A DNA stretch of 63,672 bases, counting the filler, from Octopus bimaculoides (Eukaryota): NCBI RefSeq assembly GCF_001194135.2. It is 5 parts of 5 records of this genome, joined end to end, with 100 filler letters (N's around TTAATTAATTAA, not from the genome) between each part and the next. Parts side by side here need not be neighbours in the genome. Positions count along the whole stretch, not along the records: positions 31,709 to 56,105 come from NC_068989.1; positions 56,206 to 59,857 come from NC_068999.1; positions 59,958 to 63,672 come from NC_068983.1; 2 more parts are not named here. The stretch is one strand, 5' to 3'. This document shows positions 52,561 to 63,672 of this stretch, piece after piece; the stretch's first letter is position 1; each line of letters opens with the position of its first letter. Position numbers and translations under genes: made by a program. The notes under the pieces are model-generated. The model searched no databases. It was given only the letters and a program-made list of their open reading frames with translations, and was not told the DNA's origin.

Positions 52561-52605
52561 ACCGTACTGATGAGACTAAAGATTAGCCAAAACATATGTC
52601 CTTAC
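52561..52605 (+). ncRNA. Decayed minimal hammerhead motif with palindromic stem III
   Basis: CTGATGA-GACTAA-AGA-TTAGCC-AAAAC-ATAT-GTC. GAAA appears as AAAA, consistent with CpG decay of CGAAA. Stem I is weak. Confidence 0.5.
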
Positions 52606-54428
52606 TCGCCGCAAAACATGTATATTGTTTAGCGAGAATTTGAGTGCGTTCATGACCATTTTCGGGTCCTCAGCATCTAATGAGAGGATGGGAAAAGTTA
52701 TGACAGACACCAGAGTTCTTTTTCAGTTCTTTAAAAAAGAGTGGACTTACAAAAGACATCGAAGGGCAACGTGGTTTTACAACTAGTGTCATATTAAGTC
52801 AGTCACCAAAAGAGAAATACTATTCATTTACGGAAATTCCAAGTTCTCCATCACTTGGTCGGCTCTGTATTGTGGGAAACAGCACCTATCTTTCATGTCC
52901 TCATCCGTAATCTGGAATCACAATGCTGAAGGGCGAGTGTCTTAAGCACACAGCCATAACCATGCAGTGTGTATGGTTTGAGAGGTATGTATGGCTTGTG
53001 AGGTGAGGGAATATCGTATGTGTTTAACATATTTGGTGAGAAGAACGTCATTGTAATCATTTGTCTTGAAAATCAAATACTCTGAAGGATCTATCTTATA
53101 CATTACTTGGTTTATTTTATAAAGTGTACATGTAGATTTTTGCCTGTCTCTCTGTCTGTATGTATGTGTATATGTATGTATATGTATGTATGCCATTTAG
53201 AGAAAGAGCCGGTTTCTAACCTAGATCCAATGCTCCTTCATTGGAATTTCAACATCAACAACAGGGTATTTTTGTATGTACGTACGTATTAAAAAATGCG
53301 GTGCCCCAGCATGACCGTAGTCCAATAACTAAAAGAAGTTAAAGACGAAAGATGAAAGATGTGCTGGAAAAACAAAAAGAAAAGCGTTTATCCATTTCTC
53401 TTTTTGTTTATCAATTTATTCCATTTTCTTACATTTTCTCGTCTGGTTGTTTAATGTTGAGTTTTATTCCTCTTACGTGTGGCCTTGTTCTACTGTATTG
53501 GAGTTTCCTCTCACCCCGAGCTTTCATTAAATTTAGCTATTTTTGTTGTGTAATTTCCATTGTATTTTTATGGAACAAAACTTGTAGGATGTGTTTCGGG
53601 GCGGCATCTATAAATACATTGTTGGATGTACGAGTTCTACAGTGTCTAAAACAGCCATTCTGCTTTCTTGAATCTGGAGATATTTGAAGCTTTTAGATGT
53701 GTTTTTGCTTTGTTTATTGAAGCATGAGAATTTTGTGATGATGTCGGATAAGGAATAAAAAGGAACATAGTGGATTGTTCACCGTATGGCTAAGGTTATG
53801 TGTGGAGCAGAAGATCGAGGCGAAAGTAGTCGTAGTAGTTGCTTTCGTGACGTTAGTGTTTGTGAGTTAGTGTAGATAGATCATAATTTAGAATACGTCT
53901 AACGTTCATGTTGAACGATTGTGTCTGTTACCGGTCTTGTATTCGTGAGAGTTGTGTGCATTGAATAACGATGCTTCCCCCACGATACATTCATACATAC
54001 ACATAGATATGTATACAAATATACATACATTTATATATATAAATGCATATATATATATATANNNNNNNNNNNNNNNNNNNNNNNNNNNNNNNNNNNNNNN
54101 NNNNNNNNNNNNNNNNNNNNNNNNNNNNNNNNNNNNNNNNNNNNNNNNNNNNNNNNNNNNNNNNNNNNNNNNNNNNNNNNNNNNNNNNNNNNNNNNNNNN
54201 NNNNNNNNNNNNNNNNNNNNNNNNNNNNNNNNNNNNNNNNNNNNNNNNNNNNNNNNNNNNNNNNNNNNNNNNNNNNNNNNNNNNNNNNNNNNNNNNNNNN
54301 NNNNNNNNNNNNNNNNNNNNNNNNNNNNNNNNNNNNNNNNNNNNNNNNNNNNNNNNNNNNNNNNNNNNNNNNNNNNNNNNNNNNNNNNNNNNNNNNNNNN
54401 NATATATATATATATATATATACGGATG

Positions 54429-55392
54429 TATGCGATGGTATCAAAAAGTTCCCGCACTTGTTCTGTTGCGCGCCAATAAATGGCAGCACACGGTTGCGTG
54501 TGCAGTGAGAACTAGCACTAATCTGCATGAGGCTGTGTGCCGAGTGAGATCACTGTATTTACTTCTAGACATGCAAGTATATGCATGAGAAGACATACAT
54601 AAAACAAAACATACATTTGTGTTTTTGGTGGTCACGTGTGTGTTTTATTCTGCGATTTTCTCATGGACAGGAACAAAGAGCCAACGTGAAATTTTGCGTT
54701 AAACTTGGATAGTTTGCTACAGAGACATTGAGCATGCTTCGGCAAGCTTACAGCGACGAAGCAATGTGTCGTACGAAATGCTTCAACTGGAACGGGCGCT
54801 TGAAAAGCGGAAGAGCTTCCCTGGAAGATGATGAACGATCTGGAAGATCTGCCACGAATGTCAAACCCGGAAATGTGGTATTGCGCATCGGGAATTCGAT
54901 CCCCAGTGCCAGAGCATTAATCGGGCGTTCTACCGCGACGTTTTGAAGCGTTTGGGGGAGAACATTCAGTGAAACCGACCGGATCTGTGAAGCGTGAAAT
55001 ATTGGATTCTTCACGAGTACAATGCACCCGGTCACAGATTTCACCCCATTCGCGAGTATTATCGCCAAAAACAACAACACATCGCTCCTGCACCCATCAC
55101 ATTCACCAGATTTAGTACCAGTGGACTTCTTACTCTTCCCCAAGATCAAAAAGGCAGTTCAAAGGTTACCATTTTAACATCTTTATTGAGATCCACAGTG
55201 AATCACAGAATGTCCTCGACTCGCTTAAGGGAAACGACTTTCTGATCGGATTCTAAAAGTGTCAGGAAAGCTACGACTGGTGTAATGCTACGCAAGGTGA
55301 CTATTTGGAAGGAGACGATGTTAAAATTTTGGTAAATAAGTTATCTTTTATTAAACATTACTTGTGCGGAAACCTTGTGATACTAGCTCGTA
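54429..55392 (+). mobile_element. Mariner (D34D-type) deletion derivative with both TIRs, inserted in TA-rich repeats
   Basis: Left ...GTATCAAAAAGTTCCCGCAC against the right-end reverse complement TACGAGCTAGTATCACAAGGTTTCCGCAC. Remnants: QRANVKFCVKLG, MLRQAYSDEAM...EDDERSGR, HPSHSPDLVPVDFLLFP. Confidence 0.9.
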
Positions 55393-55612
55393 TGTATGTA
55401 TGTATATATGTATGTATGTATGTATGCATGTATGTATGAATGTATGTGTGTGTGTGTGTGTGTGTTTAATAAATCACTGGTTTCGATCCAACGAAACAAG
55501 TCTTTTCTCGGGTTTACCAATATCTTATAAATGAAATTTGAGAGACAAAATTTGTTTCTGTCTTTTATGAACATGTATATATATGTGTGTGCGTGTGTGT
55601 GTGTGTGTGTCA

Positions 55613-55645
<33 letters not shown>

Positions 55646-56065
55646 TGTGTGTGTGTTTGTGTCTGTGTGTCTGTATAAATGTATATGCGTGTATATACAT
55701 ATATATACATACATATATGTATACATATGTATACGTATCTTTCTGTATACATGTATACATATCTATATATCAATGTCTGCGTACATATGTATGTGTATAT
55801 ATATATATGTATGTATATATATATGTGTGTGGGTGTGTGTGTGTGTGTGTATGTATATATATAAATGTATGTTTGTATGTATATATGTGTGTATGTATAT
55901 ATATGTATATATGAATGACTGTATGCATGTATAATGTCATATATGCGCGTATTCACATTAGTCATATGCGTGTATATGGCTGTAGATATACACACGCACA
56001 CATGAACTGTATATATTCGTATACAACTAAGGATGCGTTCCCTCGTATATCTATAAATACATAAA

Positions 56066-56105
<40 letters not shown>

Positions 56106-56214
56106 NNNNNNNNNNNNNNNNNNNNNNNNNNNNNNNNNNNNNNNNNNNNTTAATTAATTAANNNNNNNNNNNNNNNNNNNNNNNNNNNNNNNNNNNNNNN
56201 NNNNNATACTGACT

Positions 56215-56690
56215 TAATTCCTTGCGAGCTTACACATGTCCTCAGCCGTCACAGCCCATGTTTCACTGCCATGTAGCATGGCTGTTCGTACACATGCGTC
56301 ATACAGTCTGCCTTTTACTCTGAGTGAGAGTCCCTTTGTCACCAGCAGAGGTAAGAGCTCTGTGAACCTTGCCCAGGCTATTCATATTCTAGCAGCTACA
56401 CTTTCAGCGCCCCCTCCGCCACTACTAACTTGGTCACCCAGATAGCGGAAGCTATCAACTACCTCTAGTTTTTCTCCCTGAAATGAGACAGAAGTTGTTT
56501 CCTGTTTGTTTACAGTGTTTATTGCACCTGAACATCTGCCACATACACAAACTAAATTCCTAGTTAACCTGCCTTTGATATTGCTGCACCTCTTATGTGT
56601 CCATAGCTTGCACTGGGGACATCTTATAGAGTTACTACCTACTCCTTTTCTACATACTGAGCAGGGTCATCTACCTGAAGGGGTTTGTGA
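56215..56690 (-). mobile_element. RTE LINE fragment with a PHD-like Cys/His finger upstream of the YLG motif
   Basis: One frame with two stops: PCSVCRKGVGSNSIRCPQCKLWTHKRCSNIKGRL...CGRC...LEVVDSFRYLGDQ...AARI*IAWARF.ELLPLL...LSLRVKGRLYDACVRTAMLHGSETW. Confidence 0.9.
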
Positions 56691-56710
56691 TTAATAACAA
56701 TATATTATAA

Positions 56711-56746
<36 letters not shown>

Positions 56747-56747
<1 letters not shown>

Positions 56748-59700
56748 ATCATCATCATCATCATCATCGTTTAACGTCCGCTTTCCATGCTAGCATGGGT
56801 TGGACGATTTGACAGAGGACTGGTGAAACCAGATGGCTACACCAGGCTCCAATCTGATTTGGCAGATTTTCTACAGCTGGATGCCCTTCCTAACATCAGC
56901 TACTTTGCAGAGTGAGTACACTAGATACTTTTGATTTCCTGATATTAATAATAATATATTATAAAATATACAAAATCGCTCGTATTAAATACATAAATAC
57001 TTTAATAGTATTAATACTTTGATACAATAGAGCACTCAATATAAATGCAGTATATAATATTCTCATTGAATACATTTAACTAAAGATTTATATATATATA
57101 TAATCAGTATCATCATCGTTCAACATCTGTTTTCCATGCTGGCATGGGTTGGACAGTTTGACAGGAGCTGGCCAGACTCCAGTTGTCTCTTGTGGCATGG
57201 TTTCTACAGCTGGATGCCCTTCCTAACACCAACCACTTTACAGAGTGTGATGGTGCCTTTTACATGTCACTGGCACAGGTGCATTTATGCAGCATTGGTA
57301 TGAGTGCATTTTACATGGCACTGGTACCTGTAAAGGACAAGCCTGTATGTATGGAGGACAAGCTTATATGTATAGAGGACAAGCCTACATACACACACAG
57401 TTATATGCATGCACATCATCATTATAATCAATTAAAGTCCGTTTTCCATGCTGACATGGGTTGGATGGCTTGACTGAAAATTTGTAAGCTGGGGAGCTGC
57501 ACTAGGTTTCAATCTGATTTAGCATGGTTTCTACAGCTGGATGCCCTTCCTAACGCCAACCACTCTAAGAATGTAGAGGGTAATGTTTATGTGCCAGTTA
57601 TGAAACACCAGCATCGGCCGCAACTATGATCTCACTTGGCTTGACAAGTCTTCTTTTGCATGTATAGTGGCTATTGGAGACTTTGTAGATATCATGACTT
57701 ATGTGTCCCACAGTTGAGAAAGATTTAAATTCTTTATAATTAGACATGTATGCAGAAGGATACCTGTTGCACATGTGATGCCATTTATACAGAGTATGAT
57801 ATGCAACAGGCTTGCAAAATAGATAGGCTTAGTGGTCAGGTGTCATTCTATTCTCAACTCAAATCCAAGGAGAGACCCTCTTTTCTTAATTCAGTTGTAG
57901 TTGGTACATCCACACATCACCATATCTACTTACCATTTATGTTTTACTTTAGCTGTAATCCGCATTAGAAATGATGTTCTTATACAAGCATACATATACT
58001 CTTCTTCGTGTCATTTTAAAATTCAGCAAAACAGCATATCATTTGTTTATCATTACTGTTTAACGTCCATGTTCCATACTGGCATGGGTTGAATGATTTG
58101 ACATGGATCCAATACATCAAGGACTGCATTGTACTCCATGTCTGCTTTGGCATGGTTTCTATGACTGGATTTCATTCCTAATGCTAACCACTCCACTTTA
58201 CAATGTATACTTGGTGCCTCTTTTTGTGCCACCAGCACTATTCAGGTCACCATGTGATTTGCAGAGTCTGCTTGTATTCTATTCCTCTTCTATTATAGCA
58301 ATTTCTTCCATGACCCAATGAGATACTTTATTTCTTAAGTGAACCAGCAAACTACATTTATATAAATATTTCGAGCATCAAACCTCATGAAGGCAAGGTG
58401 GTTGAGTTCCTTTCAAGTGTTGGGCCTCACAGAGGCAATGACCAAGACCTTTAGCATTATGTCATGCATGAGAAGAAGACCTCTCAAGCCAAGCAAAATC
58501 GCAGTCATGGCAGATACTGGTGTCATGCAAACTGGCACCTGTACCGGTGGCATGTAAACACACACTGGTGTCGCACAAATGGCACCCGTACCGGTGGCAT
58601 GTAAAAGCATCCATTACACTCTCAGAGTGGTTGGCGTTAGGAAGGGCATCTGGCCATAGAAAACCATGCCAAATCAGACCGGAGTCTGGTGCAGCCTTCC
58701 AGCATGCCAGTCCAGTCAAACTGTCCAACCCATGCCAGCATGGACAACAGACGTTAAATGATGATGATGATGATGATTTACTGCCCATATTGAATAATGA
58801 TGATTGAATGTCTGAGTCTTATACTATTTGCCTAATTGGACACAGAACTTCTACTCTTTTACTGGTTTTCAAAGCCACAAATTTTCCAGGCTGCAGCAAC
58901 AAAATTCTTTGTATATCACAGATACAGATCACAGGGTCAGCACTGTACTCAACCTTCTACTATTTTGGAGACAAATCCCGCTTCTGAATTTTTATATAAG
59001 ATTGTAGGGCAGGATTCACGACAGACGAACTGTAGACAGATACTTCACTGCAGGCTAGCTAGGAAGTTGGTCAGCAGGAAAACAGAATGACTTCCGGGAA
59101 GGAGAAGGTAAACAGAAGAATTTCAACAGCGAGCGTGAAACGAATTTGAGTGAACTATACAGAAATAACTGACGACTTAAGCCCTATTGTACCTAAAGTA
59201 ATAAACTTTTGGTAAATGTATTTTTGTCTCCACTAGTTTGTTTGTGTATAGCTTAACAAAGCTATAACTGGGAAGCCACGACTGATCGTCTTATCAGCCT
59301 GGCGCAAGAAAGTTTTCAACATCATTCATGGACTTTTCCACTCTGGTACTAAAGACACACGGCGGCTGCTGTCAAGCAAATCGGGGACTGGACCAGGTCC
59401 TGCATCCCCTGTCAACAAGCCAAGGTCCATCAACACACCAAAGCACCCTTTGGCAACTATGAACCACATCAGGCCTAATTCAGCCATGTCAACATGGACC
59501 TTGTTGGCCCCCTACCACCTTCACAGGTTTGCTCATACCTACTGACCTTGGTGGACAGCTACACCCATTGGCTTGAAGCTATCTCTTCGCAGTAGGGAAA
59601 CACAAGAAGTCAGCCGAGCTTTCATCGCAAACTGGGTCGTCCGTTTCGGTGTCCCAGATAGCATCTCATCCGATCATCATCATCATCATCATCATCATTT

Positions 59701-59857
59701 AACGTCCGCTTTCCATGCTAGCATGGGTTGGATGATTTGACTGAGGACTGGTGAAACCGGATGGCAACACCAGGCTCCAGTCTGATTTGGCAGAGTTTCT
59801 ACAGCTGGATGCCCTTCCTAACGCCAACCACTCAGAGAGTGTAGTAGGTGCTTTTAC
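56747..59857. mobile_element. Cluster of six family E repeats with (CAT/ATG)n tails: five minus (about 56747, 57110, 57415, 58050, 59677) and one plus (about 58500-58775)
   Basis: Shared ACAGCTGGATGCCCTTCCTAACGCCAACCAC and TTTCCATGC..GCATGGGTTGGA blocks. Could be SINE copies or RTE 3' ends. Confidence 0.85.
58830..59672 (+). mobile_element. Ty3/Gypsy pol remnant (weak RNase H, clear integrase), interrupted by a family E insertion
   Basis: WRKKVFNIIHGLFHSG...SCIPCQQAKVHQHTKAP...HVNMDLVGPLPPS...YLLTLVDSYTHWLEAI...AFIANWVVRFGVPDSISSD (HHCC plus DDE core). Confidence 0.85.
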
Positions 59858-60244
59858 NNNNNNNNNNNNNNNNNNNNNNNNNNNNNNNNNNNNNNNNNNN
59901 NTTAATTAATTAANNNNNNNNNNNNNNNNNNNNNNNNNNNNNNNNNNNNNNNNNNNNTATATATATATATATATATGCATATATGGGCACAGGACCTCAT
60001 GAAACGTGTACAAGAAAGTACGAAGCATGAATACATACATTGAACATGAACTATTCTTTCGAACAACGAAAGACACAAATGGAAATCAAAACAAACGTAA
60101 GGAGCGACCCTTCAGCAGTTGTTGGCTGTTTCTCTAGTCTTGTATTTCGAGCATATACATATATATACTATTGCTGGGAGTTGTCATTGTCTATTTCTTT
60201 TGCATTTAGTTTAGCTCAGTATTTTGTTTTATAGCTTTTGTTGC

Positions 60245-60405
60245 TTTTTCTTCTTCTTCTTCTTCTTCTTCTTCTTCTTCTTCTTCTTTTTCTTCTTCTT
60301 CTTCTTCTTCTTCTTCTTCTTCTTCTTCTTCTTCTTCTTCTTCTTCTTCTTCTTCTTCTTCTTCTTCTTCTTCTTCTTCTTCTTTTTCTTCTTCTTCTTC
60401 TTCCT
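60245..60405. repeat. (TTC)n / (GAA)n microsatellite
   Basis: Direct reading. Confidence 0.98.
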
Positions 60406-60409
60406 CTTT

Positions 60410-60734
60410 ATTAACTTTTCTTTTACTGAAGGTAAACCTTTTCCTGTAATTTAGCATTTACATAGTATTTTTCTTCTCTTCTTGTTGCTTAAGTGTTGAT
60501 TGTCTACTAGTTTCGTTAAGGATTGACAGATCTTTCTCTTGTCTTCTATTTTTTCTGGATATTAATTATCCACACGGTTCGTTTCGGTGGTGGTACTCCT
60601 ATTTGGATGGGCCTGAGGGAGTATCCTGCTTCTTTGGTGACCACAGTAGTTGCTGCATGTATTATATCATTTAGCCTGTTGATATTGACATTTGGTTTTT
60701 GTGGTTATTAGTTCAGTGACAGCCAAGTTCATGC

Positions 60735-60737
<3 letters not shown>
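60410..60737 (-). mobile_element. Probable R4/Dong ORF N-terminal fragment starting right after (TAA)n
   Basis: LNDIIHAATTVV...VWIINIQKKIEDKRKDLSIL resembles the pre-RT region of R4/Dong ORFs (N...YAAA...W...I..KI...RKDLS.L). Confidence 0.55.
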
Positions 60738-60831
<94 letters not shown>

Positions 60832-60890
60832 GAGGAGGAGGAGGAGGAGGAGGAGGAGGAGCCGGGGGAGGAGCCGGGGGAGGTGTGATG
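60737..60890. repeat. Stepwise compound array (TTA)n-(TAG)n-(GAG)n
   Basis: Direct reading. Confidence 0.97.
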
Positions 60891-60949
60891 TTATTATCGT
60901 TAGCTCCATTATTCGTTATGCGTGAAATATATCAATGGTTCTTTTTCTT

Positions 60950-62420
60950 AAAATAACAATTACATACATCAAGCAAAACATCTCGGAAAACATGCTTGAT
61001 TGTATTCACGCCTAAGGCATATATTATATCCAATGTTAACGAAAACTTTCATTATTAACAAAAGTTCAAGATTAAAGCCAACGTACTAAACGTTGACAAA
61101 CTGTGCGTAGGAACGCCATAATAATATTTACTTATTCTGGTATTGTTATCTTCCATAACATTCTTATATCTATCCTTCGACTTAATCTGTTAAAGTATGT
61201 ACAGATATTGTGTATCACAGCAGTTCTCTCATTTATGAGTGCACGAGATACGTATTTCTTAATTACCATAATGTTTTAAATTCTCGTTGGTAGACTCCAC
61301 GCACGCTGTTTTATGCTTGTTTCTTCCCAGGTATTTGTATAGAGCTGAATTGTCCCGCATTTTTACCCCTCTCGGGGATTCGAAATCCTCTCTTTGACTT
61401 CGCACTTAATCGCATTTTATTGCACTCCGTGCATTTCTCTACTTCAAAGAAGAGCTTCATGAAATTGTTAAACTTAACAATACTTCGTTTTGCTTATAGC
61501 AGAAAATTCTCAAGATGGATGATATTTTCGGCTTATATTTTCAGGTCACCCATGAAGACGGGATTACGGATTATCTATTTCTACTTTTTTATATATAGTA
61601 TCACGGATTTGTTTTGTTTCTTAGGAGTTTTAAGCATAAGCATCTTAGGATGGAAAGAAGACCGGAAGTATTGTATCCTTGCAGCATCCGAACAGACATT
61701 AATCCCTGCTTGATTTTATAGTAATTGATGACCGTAAGAATTGTTAGTCACATCTTCACTGTTGTGCTACTGGAGTTCAGAATAATGCTATCAAATTGAT
61801 GTACTTCCATTATTGTGAAAAGCCAGGCATATTCTTTAGCGTATTTTCATTTCAATCACTAGCATTTTATTAACGTTGAGTTAGTCAATTGAGCTGGTCT
61901 GCTTCCCTATCTTGTTGTGAACAACATAACTTCCACATCTCAGTTTTGGTTTGTAAATGTTCAGTTATTAGTTTGGCAGTACTGACAAACAAGTTGTAAG
62001 TCAAACATGTAATTTGGCACGACACATTTTTTCTAGATTTTTTCTTCTGGATTTTTTCGGCGAGTGGGTTTATTTTGTGACAGTACACTATATTTTCAAT
62101 GATAATCAATGTTCAATGCGATGATGTTTTCAGTAACAAAGCTACTAAAAACAGGTGTTGTAATGTTTTGCTGGGCTTTCTGAAACATTTAACGTATTCT
62201 AACTAGCTTTTTTTTTCTTATGTTTACCTTAGTTTCTTTTCTCAAACGTGTTTCCGAAATGTTTCTTATGCCTTTAGAAGTCAATTTTAGACTTATATTG
62301 TTTTCACTGAAGTAATTTTCGAAGTAATGTCTTCTTATCTCTAATGATTTCTTTATGTAACCTATAATTTGAGGCTGATGTTGAATCATACGAGTATTTT
62401 CTGTAGTAATCATTTCATGA
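60950..62420 (-). mobile_element. Old, frame-broken R4/Dong-type reverse transcriptase
   Basis: Ordered motifs on the minus strand: QITCLTYNLF...ITEHL (about 62010), DQL, FDSI (about 61790), QG..SGLL (about 61680), FMGDLKI (about 61550), FEVEKC, YKYLG (about 61330). Confidence 0.7.
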
Positions 62421-63504
62421 CCTACGTTTTACTTTGTCCTCGTATGTGAGTATTTTTTTTGATATTTTAAAAACAATTATCTAGAAGACTTATCTACTTT
62501 CATGTCGATTACTTTATTTGTTTCTCTACGAAATCTTTGCTATGGCTTTTTTTATTGTGCTCATCTGTCCTATATTTTCTATCGTTTGTCTTTTGCAAGT
62601 ATACATCTCACATCTTCATCAGAACGTCTTGTTTCTATTCATAAATCCGTGTTTTGTCCGTAATAGCGTTTCACCAACTTGCTTATCGTCTGCCGTTTTC
62701 AGTGGAAAGTGGTCAATATACGAAAGATAGTTGGTTGCCTGAATGTCTCCACAAACTATATTTCCGAGTTCAGTTATGTTTAATGTTTTGGCTAAAGGTA
62801 TTAGCCGACGGGGGAAAAAAGTGGAGAAGTTAAGCTGGTTTCAACTATATGGATATGAACCGATATATACTTCTAAATACATTCTGTAACAAGTTTTTGA
62901 ATGTATGAAGAAATATTTGGCTACATAAAAAAAAGTTTTACAGAAACGTAGAAGAAAGTGAAGAAAAAATAACCCATGTAAGGGCCATTCCCGGACACGT
63001 TATTCCGCGGTACATCATTTTCATCAAGCTACAGTCCAAGACTAATCATAAAGTGAGTTTCCGTTCTTGTTATCTAGTGTGGTGTCAGAAGCTTACACTA
63101 CAAGATGAGTCATGTGTCTGTTGGAAAATATAAGATACAATGTCCAGGGAAAGATTGTAGGCATTGACGAAAGCAATACGAATTCTACTACCTTCAGGCC
63201 AAAAACCACCCATGTTTCTAAAGGTGACTTATCTAAACTCCAAAGAATTCCTCTCAACACATGGCTACGATGCTCTCCAACTACATCATCTCCTGATCAG
63301 AGATGCACATACCGTCAGCCACCAAGAAACATGCTCAACTGGTTAAGGTCAAGCAGCTGACAGGCAAATCTGTGGTATTGAGCAGAATATTTGCTGTAGC
63401 CCATCTTTTATACCAAGACAAAACAAAGTACATGGTAACACTTCCAATCAGTTAAGATCAGAAGCCATGAGAGTCACTGCCTGGTACTGCATACAGGACA
63501 TTTA

Positions 63505-63672
63505 TTATTATTATTATTATTATTGTTCAGTAGTTTTATTTTTATAACGTGCTTTCACTTCACTACCGAGCGCAGCTCTGTGCGCCTTGGGTATGTGCTG
63601 TGGTTTGCTGTGGTGCTCTTATGTTTACTGTATTGAAAGTGTTTTGCGTAGAATGTGTGCAGTACCCAGTAG
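63505..63672 (-). mobile_element. 3' end of a young R4/Dong-like element (ORF end, 3' UTR, (TAA)n tail), continuing beyond the window
   Basis: Minus strand CTA CTG GGT ACT GCA CAC ATT CTA CGC AAA ACA CTT TCA ATA CAG TAA = LLGTAHILRKTLSIQ*, matching LLGTAQILRKVL at 27527. The UTR is identical to 26372-26476. Confidence 0.9.

Noticed and set aside
62189-62413. KKSLEIRRH initially read as a Penelope GIY-YIG C-terminus
   Set aside because: It lies directly upstream of ordered R4/Dong RT motifs on the same strand and is better explained as part of that element.
62575-62640. GAAAC...CUGAUGA on the minus strand
   Set aside because: No stem I between the putative cleavage site and the core, and no stem II partner.

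Overview
This is eukaryotic, AT-rich, repeat-dominated genomic DNA from a draft assembly with many N gaps. Four of the gaps are artificial 100-bp joins carrying a TTAATTAATTAA spacer. The SINE families and the density of di-, tri- and tetranucleotide microsatellites look like a coleoid cephalopod, most likely Octopus; this is recognition, not a database result. Almost all ORFs in the supplied track are microsatellite or N-gap artefacts. The only plausible host coding sequence is a 91-codon minus-strand ORF (ATG at 273) that runs off the left edge and is missing from the track. A degenerate ~125-bp tandem array lies upstream of it. The rest is a transposon graveyard. It holds at least four tRNA-type or RTE-tailed SINE families, remnants of CR1-like, RTE, Tx1/L1-like and Gypsy elements, and several mariner and DD37D/maT transposons. 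It also holds a Penelope-like GIY-YIG ORF, four minimal hammerhead-ribozyme-like motifs of Penelope type, and seven pieces of R4/Dong-type (restriction-like endonuclease) retrotransposons, most of them abutting (TAA)n arrays. I found no clearly new multi-gene system. The best leads are the variant hammerheads, the apparently young (TAA)n-associated R4/Dong family, the GIY-YIG ORF with no RT nearby, and the unannotated ORF at the left edge. All alignments were done by eye and boundaries are approximate unless stated.
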